From an uncultured Gammaproteobacteria bacterium (GTDB taxonomy: Bacteria; Pseudomonadota; Gammaproteobacteria; Xanthomonadales; SZUA-36): 64,000 nt of DNA. Positions 40,864-51,068 of the stretch are shown here, one piece after another; positions within the stretch are counted from its first letter, which is position 1; each line of letters begins with the position of its first letter. Made by a program: the position numbers and the translations under genes. The DNA lies in contig CAWDDX010000007.1 in assembly GCA_963801195.1 (NCBI GenBank), positions 1,129,695-1,193,694 of the forward strand. The letters run 5' to 3'. A model generated the notes under the pieces. It worked only from the letters and a program-made list of their open reading frames with translations. It was not told where the DNA came from and searched no databases.

Positions 40864-42879
40864 ATGAGTCTTGCGGACGAGATGGAAAATACTTTGAGTA
40901 AAAATTTTGCAGCCCGGATGGGATCCGGATTCCATTCGGGCCTATCAGCAATTCTCGTAATGGCCGTTGTTGTTGGAATCGTCAGCGGCTGTGCCGGTAC
41001 CGCAACGGGCAGGAATACATCGGTGTATTCGAGCCTTAAGAAGGAAGTGGTTTCCAACCAGAAATCGTCCCAGGCTGCGGCGATGGTCGTCATACGCTAT
41101 CCGGCCATGATTCACACCAATGCGGAAAACCTGTATGTGAGCTCCTTCGCGATTAACGCGATCGGTGGTGAAGTGCCGTATGGTGTGATGGGCAACCGCC
41201 AAACCTCGCGGGTTGCCCAGTCCATCATCGAAAAGTCCAGCTATTTTGCAATGTCCCTGTACCACGAATTGAAAGGTGTTTTGCCCGCAGGCTCGGTCCT
41301 GTTGTCGCCGCATATCATCGAATGGGATAAGGAGCGCAACCTGTACAGCCGGCCGATCCTCGGCTCCGAACAGATACCCAGCGTATTGACCATTGATTTC
41401 AATATCTATTCTTTTCCGGATGTTGACGAAATGATGGATGCGCCTCCGGTGACCTTCGGCGACCTGGTGACACCGATGATCGTCGTCAAGAGCAGCCGTT
41501 GGGTGCAGCCAGCCCTGGGCGGTTTATTGATCTCGAGTCCGCCGCTGGTCAGTTCGTCATGGCGCCAGGCACAAAAGCTGACCGAGGAAAGTTTCCGCTC
41601 ACGCCTCGACAACCGGCCCCAGGCCCCCGATTCCTCACTCGAGTTCATTTCGTTTCTGCGTGAGAGGGATGAGCCCCAGTTACCGCTGCCGCTGAGAGGG
41701 GGTGGTGACGGCAACCAGCAAATGGTGGCCATCGAACAATATTCGCTGGAAAAGATCCGCATGAACGGGGATCTTATCGCCAGTTTGCCCGAAGACTCTT
41801 CCATTGACCCTTTCGTGCAGGCGTTTGTAAAGGGCGCCAGTAGCCGGATCGTCGAGTTGCTCAATTCCATCGACCACGAGAAGGCGACATTTTTCGCCCG
41901 CCAGGCCGCCATAGAACGGTTTGACCCGGAACTGGCGAGGGTGTTTTTTGTGCAATCCAACGATGAGAGTGTCAGGGCGCGTCTGCAACTCGCCGACGCT
42001 CTCGTCGGGGCGGAGCGTGAATTTCTGGCCGCGCAGTCTGACAGTATTTACGACGGTACTTACAATGGCAATTATGGCGAAAAGATGCGTAGTATCATCG
42101 CTGCCGAGTACCGAACATTAGAGGAACGCCGTCAACTGGCGCGCAAACAGAACATTACCACCGCGGTCGCAGTCATCGCACTTGCCGGTGCCGTCTATGG
42201 TGCCGTGGCCTCAGCTGCCAGCACGGCTGCCGTGGTGTCAACGTCGGGTGCCCTGCTGGCGGGTTCCGGTTGGGCGCTGCACAAGACGCTCGATACCAAG
42301 ACCGAGTCAAAGGAGGTTAACCGCTATTTTCTCGCCCGCATGGCGCCGGCATTTGACCGGCAGATGTCGGTGCAAATGGAGTGGCTTGAGTCCAAGGAAG
42401 TGATTACCGCACGCGGCTTTGCCGAGTTCAGGAACAAGACACTGAGCCTCTACCAATCAAGGGTCAGGTCCATGCAGGTCAGCGCCGGCCAGCAATGCAA
42501 TTTCAACTATCCGGGGTTCGGACAAAAGGGACTGTGGTACGGTGTCTGTGACCACGGTGCAGCTTCAGGCAGGGGCTACGGCCTGATCATGAACGCGCGT
42601 GGTGATACCGTCGAATTCATCGGTGAGGCCCGCAAGGGCCTGGCCTCGGGTAACGGCGGTATGATCGTGCAGCGCCGTGGCCAGGTCGGGGCGACCTATT
42701 ATGAGGGCGCATTCAAAGACGGACTGCCCGACGGCGTGGTCCGCGTCGAGGAACCCGGGCAAGTGCCAAGAACACGTCTTTACAGGGATGGTGCGGATAT
42801 CGGCAAGGGCGACGCCGCGAGATTGCAGGGGCTGAGTTTTGCGTTCAGTGCCGCTGCCGCAGGGGTGTTGACACCTTGA
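40864..42879 (+). CDS. large hypothetical lipoprotein with C-terminal MORN-like repeats
   Basis: 671 aa. Lipobox IVSGC, an Ala/Gly-rich hydrophobic segment (TAVAVIALAGAVYGAVASAAS), and C-terminal YYEGAFKDGLPDG-type repeats. Confidence 0.55.
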   Translation: MSLADEMENTLSKNFAARMGSGFHSGLSAILVMAVVVGIVSGCAGTATGRNTSVYSSLKKEVVSNQKSSQAAAMVVIRYPAMIHTNAENLYVSSFAINAIGGEVPYGVMGNRQTSRVAQSIIEKSSYFAMSLYHELKGVLPAGSVLLSPHIIEWDKERNLYSRPILGSEQIPSVLTIDFNIYSFPDVDEMMDAPPVTFGDLVTPMIVVKSSRWVQPALGGLLISSPPLVSSSWRQAQKLTEESFRSRLDNRPQAPDSSLEFISFLRERDEPQLPLPLRGGGDGNQQMVAIEQYSLEKIRMNGDLIASLPEDSSIDPFVQAFVKGASSRIVELLNSIDHEKATFFARQAAIERFDPELARVFFVQSNDESVRARLQLADALVGAEREFLAAQSDSIYDGTYNGNYGEKMRSIIAAEYRTLEERRQLARKQNITTAVAVIALAGAVYGAVASAASTAAVVSTSGALLAGSGWALHKTLDTKTESKEVNRYFLARMAPAFDRQMSVQMEWLESKEVITARGFAEFRNKTLSLYQSRVRSMQVSAGQQCNFNYPGFGQKGLWYGVCDHGAASGRGYGLIMNARGDTVEFIGEARKGLASGNGGMIVQRRGQVGATYYEGAFKDGLPDGVVRVEEPGQVPRTRLYRDGADIGKGDAARLQGLSFAFSAAAAGVLTP

Positions 42880-43661
42880 ACACTTGGACGAAATGCATAT
42901 CCGCGGTCGTTTTTTGCCTGTTCGTGGCAAGCACGGATGTCCAGGCCGGCACGGGTCTGGATGACCTCGGTGACCTGCCGCCCGGGGAACAGTATCGTCA
43001 ACTCAGCCTGATCATACTCATCTCAAGGGGGGCTGACCCGGCGCTGATGGACGCCATCGCTCCACGCGATGCCGTTGTTCAGGGCAGGGCGGCCTCAAAT
43101 CTCGGTCCCGATGACTACAAGACACCGTTGATTCGAATCGTCGACCAACAATCCATGTTATCAGGAGCAGCTTTTCTGCTGCGTTATGCGCAGGAATCCC
43201 GGGATGACATTGAGGCCAGCCTGGCGGCCATCAATGCCAGTAATCCCGTACTGATCAGCATGGTCGATATGAACGCGATCACCGAGGATGCGATTATCAT
43301 ACGCAATGCGATCGCAGATGCGATCAGTTACTCGGAACTTGCAGATGACGGTGATATCGCGGGCTATTTACAGGATTACCGCGCCCAGACCATACATATC
43401 AGAAACGTCATGGAATATGAGCTTTTCGACGAGGAACTGCAGCGATTGACCGATGAGGCCATCGCCTCGGTCGGTGGCAAACTCGATGCCTATCAACGCA
43501 TGTTTGATGAAGAGGTGGGCGCCAAAGAACTCGACAGGCAATTTGACGCGGCAAAATATATCTTCAATCGAACTAAAAAGTTCGATGAAGAAGCGGGCTT
43601 ACTGACCGAGGAAATTATGAAAAACGTAATTAACTCGCAAAGTAATCCCAATGTTCCCTGA
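42876..43661 (+). CDS. hypothetical secreted protein
   Basis: 261 aa. Signal peptide (FCLFVASTDVQA). 4-nt overlap with the preceding gene. Confidence 0.5.
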   Translation: MNTWTKCISAVVFCLFVASTDVQAGTGLDDLGDLPPGEQYRQLSLIILISRGADPALMDAIAPRDAVVQGRAASNLGPDDYKTPLIRIVDQQSMLSGAAFLLRYAQESRDDIEASLAAINASNPVLISMVDMNAITEDAIIIRNAIADAISYSELADDGDIAGYLQDYRAQTIHIRNVMEYELFDEELQRLTDEAIASVGGKLDAYQRMFDEEVGAKELDRQFDAAKYIFNRTKKFDEEAGLLTEEIMKNVINSQSNPNVP

Positions 43662-43715
43662 CACTTAACGCCTGGCACTCAAACTGCTAATCGTTCATTC
43701 CGGGTACATACCGGT

Positions 43716-44210
43716 TCAATGACTGATCCAGCGTGAATAATCCTTACCCGTACTGATGATGTTATGCGGCAGGTCTTCCATCAGTTTGCAGAAAACATCA
43801 CCGTGCACGTGGATCAGGTTTTTGTGGTCGCCCGCTTCGATATAAATCTCGGAGGCGTTGGTCAGTTGTTCATCCCAGATGACATCCAGACCATAGGCAT
43901 TGCTCAGTGCGGGTACAGCGCCCTTGTTGCAGTCGTGGAAAAGTTCCGGCAGTTCGTTTTCCGGTGCGATCCTGAGCTTGCGGCCCAGGCTTTCGTTGAC
44001 CCATTCCATATCGAGACGATTGGTGGACGGTAATACGCTGACCACATAACCTTTGGCGTCTTCCAGCACCACGGCCTTGGCCAACTGGTGTCCGGGAATA
44101 TGGGCGGAATGTGCCGACTCGAGAGCAGTTGCGGAAGGGTTGTGTTTGACCACGTCATAGTGAACGTTATGGTCTTCAAGATAGCATTTCAATGTTGTTG
44201 CGATAGCCAT
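43716..44210 (-). CDS. YbaK/EbsC-like aminoacyl-tRNA deacylase-domain protein
   Basis: 164 aa. The pattern HPSATALESAHSAHIPGHQLAKAVVLEDAKGYVVSVLP resembles the YbaK editing-domain fold. This is a by-eye assignment only. Confidence 0.45.
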   Translation of the reverse strand: MAIATTLKCYLEDHNVHYDVVKHNPSATALESAHSAHIPGHQLAKAVVLEDAKGYVVSVLPSTNRLDMEWVNESLGRKLRIAPENELPELFHDCNKGAVPALSNAYGLDVIWDEQLTNASEIYIEAGDHKNLIHVHGDVFCKLMEDLPHNIISTGKDYSRWISH

Positions 44211-44546
44211 GGCTTCCTCCTGTAAAACATTGAGAGAAACCGTGCTTGGCGGCAGATGTCGCTAGTCACGCTTCAGGCACTCTTAACTGCACCTGACTCA
44301 GTCATTATAAGCCAGCGGATCGGTTATGCTACAAAAATCGCGCCAGGCGCCACTCGTATTACGTGACTAAGAGTTATGGGTAAACCTGAATACTTTGGAC
44401 CATGGCCTTACTCCGGCCTGTCATGTAGCGTTGTGCCGCCAGTGACCCGCAGAGACGGCCTTGGTCACCGTGGAGACTCGACGTACAATAGTGCGTTACA
44501 CACCCCGGAACGTGCCAGGAAATGATGCCAACAAGGAAATTTATAC

Positions 44547-45008
44547 ATGAACCACAATGCAAAACGATGGATCCAACTGGGTTTGTGCACACTGATTTTA
44601 GCGTCCGCGGGATGTCAGAACAATGAAATGCATCAAACTGGAAAGGACGATAGCGCTGACCACGGTACACGTGAAATGAATGAGATTAGCGTACATACAG
44701 TTCCCGCAGACATTTCAGCTGATCAGCAGATCAATGATGCCATCACGGACCTGGCGGCACGTATTGGCGTTACAAAGGACGCCGTCGCGGTCAAGCAGGC
44801 CCGCTCAGTGCAGTGGGGTTCCGGCGCGATGGGCTGCCCCAAGCCGGGTATGAACTATACCCAGGCCCTGGTTCCAGGCATGCAACTGCTGCTGGAAGTG
44901 AACGGCACGATTTATCACTATCATGGCGGTGCCGGTAAGCACCTGTTTCTCTGTCCCTCAGAACGTGTCAAGGCACCGGCGTACGGACAGGGTTTGGAAG
45001 TGATGTAA
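44547..45008 (+). CDS. hypothetical lipoprotein
   Basis: 153 aa with lipobox LASAGC. Confidence 0.5.
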   Translation: MNHNAKRWIQLGLCTLILASAGCQNNEMHQTGKDDSADHGTREMNEISVHTVPADISADQQINDAITDLAARIGVTKDAVAVKQARSVQWGSGAMGCPKPGMNYTQALVPGMQLLLEVNGTIYHYHGGAGKHLFLCPSERVKAPAYGQGLEVM

Positions 45009-45036
45009 GCGAAGCAACTGTCACTGCAACACGTTT

Positions 45037-45070
45037 AAAAAAAGGAGCAGGGATTTCTCCCTGCTCCTTC
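45037..45070 (-). terminator. rho-independent terminator (T run on the minus strand, serves the subtilase gene)
   Basis: ggagcaggga-tttc-tccctgctcc perfect 10-bp stem (45044..45067), flanked by an A7 run on the plus strand. Confidence 0.8.
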
Positions 45071-45126
45071 GATCACTGCAGATTGTGCATCCGCATTCAG
45101 ATCATTCTACCCACCAATATCAACCA

Positions 45127-48100
45127 TCATTGGCAGCTGGTTACAGCAATGGCCTGTTCAGAAACTTCACCGTTGCTTAAATCACCTTCATTAACAATGA
45201 GGTCTTCACTGCAATCGGTAGTGACCTGGAAGCCAAGCGTTGCTGTACCACCGGGTAAGGTCTGCACAAGTAATTCATCACCTTCGACCGGTGCGGTTCC
45301 CACACCATTATAGAAGTAGGTGTCACCGATCGTTCCGCCTGCATTTTCTGCACCAACTGTTCCACCATCTGCGGTGTTATCCATTTGACCATAGACGTAG
45401 TGAATTAAACCCTCGGCACAACCGCCGTCATTCCCGATCCAGACTTGCATTGTGACTGTGTCAGTGCTGCCATAAAGAGGCACTGCTTCCCATTCATACG
45501 CCGTAGCCGTGCCACAACCTAAATTGAGTACGGCGAGATACATTTCGCCACCGGCGCTCTGATTCAGGTCACGCCAGAATGGTGCAAGAATGTTATTTGG
45601 CGTTAAGGGGTTCGGCAAATCCTGGTTGTTATAGCTACTGAACACGCCACTGGCGCTGCCAGCTTCAATCGTTCCATTCACTGAAAACAGTGTATCCGTG
45701 TAGGTGACACCATTGTAGGTAAACGCCGGTACGTTATACCAATACCCACCGTCGTCGCAGTCTCCATTGCAACCTGAACTCAAGGGAGGAACACCCAGAG
45801 AAGCCAGCGGGAGATAACCGCCGGGAACAGATCCACCAGGATCCTGAGAAACATCCATTTCACCTGCAAACAATTCACCCGTCCAGGACAGGCTGTTGCT
45901 GGCTGCGTCGTACGACCAGGGTGATGAGGTTAAACCGTTATCGACGACTTCGGTTTCAGAACCGGACACAAAGCTCGTACCAGCAGGCAATACATCAGTC
46001 ACGGTGACAGGACCGTTCAGGTTTTCATTGGTCACCACCAACTCGTAGCTGAGCGTGTCGCCAGACGTTGCGTTGGAAGCATCCACGGTCTTGGTAAACA
46101 CGCCTTCATTGGTGGCCGCGACCGGTCGTACCGCAATGGGACTGCGTACCGAATAATTACCGTCATCATCGGCCCAGGTCAATGAACCAAATGCCCATTC
46201 TCCCATGACTGTATCGCCGGTGATATTAAAGGTAACCTCATAAGTCATCGAATCACCCTTTCTCAACTTGAAGCTGGATGGTGATACAGACACATCAATG
46301 CCAGGTGGTGCGTCTACGGAAACCGTGAAATTTTTGCTGCCATTGTTGTTGTAAACGGCGGTCACGGTACGTGTGATGGTCTGGGTTTCTACCAAGGAGC
46401 CGATGCCGATGGAGGCCAGATTCAGATCGCTTGGATCAAAGGAGAATCCTTCGGAGTCAAGAAAATCACAAGATTCAGAGTCTACTATATCGGCTTGTGC
46501 AGGTTCACCGCAGAGCGCTGCAAGGTAGTCAAGGAAGCCGACGTCATAGGCGAGACCCGGATCAACGGCATTGCTGGGTAATATCTCACCCGCGCCAACG
46601 TCGAATGGGTCAGCAGGGTCATCTCCAAATGACTTCTTCAGCCCATTGCGAGCAGTGGTCATCAATGCAGACCGGGCAATCGCTGGTGTCCAGTCAGGGT
46701 GTGCCTGCTTGAGCAGAGCAAACGAGCCGGCCACGTGCGGGCTGGCCATGGAAGTACCATTGTAATTGGCAAACTCTTCACCGCCGGCACCCCAGGGGGA
46801 GACAGCCGCCAGAATTTTCACACCGGGTGCGCTGAGATCGGGCTTGATTACATCGGGCATGCCATTATTGGGTCCGCGTGAGGAGAAACTGGCGATACGA
46901 TTGGAAGCAGGAACAAGACCAACCGTAACGTTCACACCGGTCTCTCCCGCCATGGTCAATCCATCATCAGTTGATACCATCACACCAGGAATGCTGGTGC
47001 CTGGGGCGGACATAGTTGTGACTGGCCTGTCATCGGTATAAACAATGATAGCAACAGCACCCGCCGCAGCCGCATTGTTGTACTTGATCGTGAAGGAACA
47101 AACTCCACGGCTGACAAGGGCAATTTTCCCAGGCATTGGATCGATGGGATCACAGGCGAGAATATCAGATGCGTTTTGAACATCGGCCGTAATGGGACCG
47201 GTGTCTTGGAATGATACTTCACCGGCACCTTCGACACCGTCATAACTTCCCGCGATACTGCCCGGGCTATTTACCTGGACATTGGCGTAAAAAACGCCAT
47301 CGTCATTGGTTGCACCGGTAGCGGTCAGCCACGGCACACCGGATGGGGTGCCCACGGTGCCCGCGTCAGGGCCGGAGTTACCGGCTGAAGCGGCTACCCA
47401 AACACCTGCATCTGCGGCAAAAAGGAATGCTAGGTCGTCTGGCGAGGCGAAAGAATTGCTGGAACCGCCGATCGAGAAGTTGATGACATCGACGCCGTCA
47501 GCCACTGCCTGGTCGATAGCGGCGGCGCTGTCTGAAGAAGCGCAACCGTCATCGGTGGTGACATTTGGATTTGGGCCGTCCCAGCAGACCTTGTAGGTCG
47601 CCAGACGTGCACGTGGCGCCACGCCACTGATGTTGCCCTGGAATACACCATTGATATAGGCGGGTACACCGTTGTTGCCGCCGGCAGTGGAAGCCGTATG
47701 ATCACCATGCCCATCCGCGTCGCGACCTGACTGGAATTCCCAGGGGGCGGTATCCGCGCCGTCGCCACCACATGGGTTACTGGCATCGGGACCGGATGAG
47801 AAACCCGAATTGTAACAACGCGCTGCAAGTAACTTGTTGTTACAGGAGAATGGCGCGTCAGCGGGGTTTGCAGCGGTATTGCCAAAATCACAACCGCTCG
47901 GGGTAAAATCGTCGATCGGGCCATATGCGATATCAGGACCCTTGTTGCCCTTCTTGGGAGTTTTAACGTCGGCGAAGCTGGGGTGCTCCGGCCAGATACC
48001 GGTATCGACAATGCCGATAACAACATCTTCACCGGTCAGACCTTTTGACCACGCCTGTCCGCCTTCGGTGAGGCCGATATAGGTCGGGCTGGTATCCGTT

Positions 48101-48546
48101 TGAAGTTTGCGGATTTCATCTTTCCAGACATGTACAACGTCAGGATTTTTCTTCAGCTTCTCAGCATCCGCTGCCGTCATACGTGCCGCAAAGCCGTTCA
48201 AGGCATAGCGGTAGTTGTAAACTTTTTCAGCACCGACACTGCGGACCACCTGGTTCTGCTTCTTTTCCAGGAAAGACGCATACTTCTTTACGGCAGCACT
48301 GTTGGGATTTAGTTTTTTACCCTTGCCAGGTTTGGTTGCCTGGTATCCCTTGATATCGCCATCATAGGCAATGACCGGGCTGGCCTGCATCTGGACGATA
48401 TAAATGTTGGATGTGGCCGACTGACTTGCTGCTGGTCTTTCCAGCAAATTACCGTTCTCACGACTGACTTTCAAATCAGCCTGAGCTGTCGCGAGACCGG
48501 TCAGACCGATCACAGTCGACAACAATAGTTTCTTAGCTAGTGACAT
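45127..48546 (-). CDS. secreted S8 subtilisin-family serine protease with PA domain and C-terminal repeat domains
   Basis: Catalytic D (GIVDTGIW), H (HGDHTAST) and S (GTSMASPHVAG). PA-domain insert (GKIALVSRGVCSF). DUF11-like segment (TLSYELVVTNENLNGPVTVTDVLPAGTSFVSGS). The signal peptide starts at MSLAKKLLL; the track ORF extends to 48597. Confidence 0.9.
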   Translation of the reverse strand: MSLAKKLLLSTVIGLTGLATAQADLKVSRENGNLLERPAASQSATSNIYIVQMQASPVIAYDGDIKGYQATKPGKGKKLNPNSAAVKKYASFLEKKQNQVVRSVGAEKVYNYRYALNGFAARMTAADAEKLKKNPDVVHVWKDEIRKLQTDTSPTYIGLTEGGQAWSKGLTGEDVVIGIVDTGIWPEHPSFADVKTPKKGNKGPDIAYGPIDDFTPSGCDFGNTAANPADAPFSCNNKLLAARCYNSGFSSGPDASNPCGGDGADTAPWEFQSGRDADGHGDHTASTAGGNNGVPAYINGVFQGNISGVAPRARLATYKVCWDGPNPNVTTDDGCASSDSAAAIDQAVADGVDVINFSIGGSSNSFASPDDLAFLFAADAGVWVAASAGNSGPDAGTVGTPSGVPWLTATGATNDDGVFYANVQVNSPGSIAGSYDGVEGAGEVSFQDTGPITADVQNASDILACDPIDPMPGKIALVSRGVCSFTIKYNNAAAAGAVAIIVYTDDRPVTTMSAPGTSIPGVMVSTDDGLTMAGETGVNVTVGLVPASNRIASFSSRGPNNGMPDVIKPDLSAPGVKILAAVSPWGAGGEEFANYNGTSMASPHVAGSFALLKQAHPDWTPAIARSALMTTARNGLKKSFGDDPADPFDVGAGEILPSNAVDPGLAYDVGFLDYLAALCGEPAQADIVDSESCDFLDSEGFSFDPSDLNLASIGIGSLVETQTITRTVTAVYNNNGSKNFTVSVDAPPGIDVSVSPSSFKLRKGDSMTYEVTFNITGDTVMGEWAFGSLTWADDDGNYSVRSPIAVRPVAATNEGVFTKTVDASNATSGDTLSYELVVTNENLNGPVTVTDVLPAGTSFVSGSETEVVDNGLTSSPWSYDAASNSLSWTGELFAGEMDVSQDPGGSVPGGYLPLASLGVPPLSSGCNGDCDDGGYWYNVPAFTYNGVTYTDTLFSVNGTIEAGSASGVFSSYNNQDLPNPLTPNNILAPFWRDLNQSAGGEMYLAVLNLGCGTATAYEWEAVPLYGSTDTVTMQVWIGNDGGCAEGLIHYVYGQMDNTADGGTVGAENAGGTIGDTYFYNGVGTAPVEGDELLVQTLPGGTATLGFQVTTDCSEDLIVNEGDLSNGEVSEQAIAVTSCQ

Positions 48547-49147
48547 AGTATATATGCTCCTTTTAAGACGACGAAGAGACTGATTGTCTTTATCCAATTT
48601 ATATGGAAAAACATTCAGTTATTAATGATTTTCATTAGGTTTTGGGTCACCAATTTCACAACTCGGTTTAAAGCAACCCTTACGCCAAACGAAATAGTCA
48701 ACAGAATTCAATCGATGGATGGCAAAGTCAAAACGTCAGACCAGAAACCATGGATTGAAATTGTTTTACTCCCTTTTCATGAATGAAAATATTCACGGCG
48801 AAATTTAAGGCTAGACCTAAAACACCACCATGTCAATTTGAAAGCAAGGACCAGCTGGATCAAAATTGTTGGTTCAAAAGATAAACAGACAACTAACTCT
48901 TTTTTTTAGTCATCTTTATTAGTCAGTTGCAGAAATTTTCTTACAATTTTTCTAGACTACTGAGATTATCGACTTCCGTGGAAGAAAATTCGGACCCAAG
49001 AACCAAATCAAACTCAATTGGCTGGTTTTCCAGAAATATAATCTGGCAAACCGTCCTGGTATCGCAAACGAGACCATCAATCTACGTTGCAGAGATCGCT
49101 TTCATTCAGGAAGTGTCAGAATCATTGAAAACGATGTTGCTCACAAA

Positions 49148-49453
49148 CTAAACCCCGGTAAAAGCGGTAACATTACTTGCAAGAAGATTACCACCGTACA
49201 AGTGCGGGTAAACTTCGCCGGAAACGGAGGTCTCCCACGTCAAACTTTCGATGAACGCCGGACCTGAAAACTCTGCGATATACAGTGGGCGAATTCCTGC
49301 GAAAAATCTTTCAACCACCTCGCCGACCTGTTCCCTGGTAGACAGGTGGATAAACCCGTCACGAAGGTCATCGGACGAACCGCTGAACTGGCCCGAATCC
49401 TGGAAGTTCCGCCATTCGGTTTCGGTGAAGATTTTGTAAACCTTGCTGGCCAT
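49148..49453 (-). CDS. DUF952-family protein
   Basis: KIFTETEWRNF...DGFIHLSTREQV...VYPHLYG matches the DUF952 pattern. The start is taken at MASKVYK. Confidence 0.65.
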   Translation of the reverse strand: MASKVYKIFTETEWRNFQDSGQFSGSSDDLRDGFIHLSTREQVGEVVERFFAGIRPLYIAEFSGPAFIESLTWETSVSGEVYPHLYGGNLLASNVTAFTGV

Positions 49454-49460
49454 TTTCGGC

Positions 49461-51050
49461 CTAACCGCCATTGTCTTTATCCAGCTTTGTTCTATCAGGA
49501 GAAATTTCATCGTCGGGCGCCGGCGGTTCCGCAGCCGCGCCGGTTGAACCGTTTACACCCTGGGCGTTTAAAAGGTCCTGGATATTGAGCGTGCCCTCAG
49601 GCGGCGGGTTGCTGCCTGCTTTTCCTTCCGCGGCTTCGCCGTTTTCCGTGGCTTCTCCTGTCAGGTATTCAAGCGCGTTCTGGGAAGCACCGGCCGTACT
49701 TTCTTCTCCGGTTGGTTCAGACAGGGCAGGGGATGTTTCGACGGGTGGGGTGCTTGACGCGGGCTTCCGGGCCGTTTCAGTCTGTTGTCCGTCCCGCGTC
49801 TGTCCTTCGTCCTGCTCGCCCTTCTGTCCGTCGATTTTGCTCTCTGCCTGCTGGTCGCCCTGGTCACCGGCTTGATCACCGTCCTGTGCCATCTCCTGAC
49901 CCTTGGCCTGAGCTGTCTCCTGTCCTTCGGTCTGGTTGTCGGATTCACCTTCGGCTTGGCCGTCACTCTTTGCACCGGCCTGACCTGCATTTTGACCAGC
50001 TTGTTGACCAGCAGCCAGAGGTTTACCATTCGTTGCGGAAGATGAACTGCTGTTTTCACCCGCACTCCCGGATTGAGCGGCAGTTCCTTTCAGGAATTCC
50101 AGAGCGTTTTGAGCGGTGCCGGCCTCGCTGGTTGACGTATCCGCAGCACTATTTGAAGCCCCACCGGCCTCACCGCTGCTTTGTTCCGCACCAGCTTGCC
50201 GGCCCGTCTGGGCAGGGGACTGCCCCCGGTCACCGGAAAGTGCAGATGTTCCCGCCTGTTCGCCATTACCGGCAGGGGGCCCGGCATTTTCTCCCGCGGC
50301 CCCGTCGCCGCCTTTGCCAAGCCCTTGCAGAAACTCCATTGCATTTTGTGACACGCCTGAAGTGCTTTTGGCGCTTGGATCATTTGCACCTGGCGAATAG
50401 GTGCCGGCAGTATCGGCCTGGCCCGAATTTTCGTCCTGGCTGTTCCGCTGACCCTGGCTACCTTCGTTCTCCTGTCCGCTTTCGCCGTCGGGCATCAAAC
50501 CGCCGCCGGTATTGTTGCCGGTACCATTTTCTGTACCCTTGGTCGCGCGGGATCCGGCCGAGTTTTCGTAAATCTGGGCCTCACGCTGGTTGTAGCTGTC
50601 GACCAGTTCGCCCCAGGCTTCCAACTCCTGCTTTTGCAGCGAAGGGTCCTTGCGGGCGGCTACGCTGGGCACATAGGGATATTCGGCGTCTTCATCGCCG
50701 GGTTGCCACGGGTCGCCCTGCACGATGATTTCCCGCAGTTCATTGCGCAGATGCTTTTGTGATTCTTCCGGCAGTTTTTCAAGCTTGTGCAGACCTGACT
50801 CGGGTTTGAATGCGGTTTCCGGGATGATACCCCGTTGCTGCTTGGCATCCTTCAGTTCCATGAACTGGCGGTAGTTGTCCTCGTTAATTTCGACCTCCTG
50901 GCTGGAAGGTGCTTCCGCTTCTTCCACCGCGGCTTTTTCGGCCGCGTCAGCAGGGGATGGTGCCGGTTGCGCTTCCTGCGCAAAAACTGACGGTGCAAAT
51001 TGCAGCACAAGGATGTTCAAAATGGCCGTCAGCGCTATCGGTTTTTTCAT
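49461..51050 (-). CDS. secreted acidic low-complexity protein with three QNA[LM]E[FY]L motifs
   Basis: 529 aa. Signal peptide ending SVFAQEA. A Gly/Gln/Glu/Ala-rich body. Starts 18 nt downstream of the kinase gene. Confidence 0.7.
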   Translation of the reverse strand: MKKPIALTAILNILVLQFAPSVFAQEAQPAPSPADAAEKAAVEEAEAPSSQEVEINEDNYRQFMELKDAKQQRGIIPETAFKPESGLHKLEKLPEESQKHLRNELREIIVQGDPWQPGDEDAEYPYVPSVAARKDPSLQKQELEAWGELVDSYNQREAQIYENSAGSRATKGTENGTGNNTGGGLMPDGESGQENEGSQGQRNSQDENSGQADTAGTYSPGANDPSAKSTSGVSQNAMEFLQGLGKGGDGAAGENAGPPAGNGEQAGTSALSGDRGQSPAQTGRQAGAEQSSGEAGGASNSAADTSTSEAGTAQNALEFLKGTAAQSGSAGENSSSSSATNGKPLAAGQQAGQNAGQAGAKSDGQAEGESDNQTEGQETAQAKGQEMAQDGDQAGDQGDQQAESKIDGQKGEQDEGQTRDGQQTETARKPASSTPPVETSPALSEPTGEESTAGASQNALEYLTGEATENGEAAEGKAGSNPPPEGTLNIQDLLNAQGVNGSTGAAAEPPAPDDEISPDRTKLDKDNGG

Positions 51051-51068
51051 GGGTTAATTCTCAAGGAT

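Noticed and set aside
49712-50728. 338-aa ORF on the plus strand, opposite the acidic repeat protein gene
   Set aside because: It is Arg/Pro/Ser-rich, the typical mirror-frame artefact of a GC-rich low-complexity gene. It has no start context or signal. The minus-strand ORF has a signal peptide and sits in operon register with the kinase gene.
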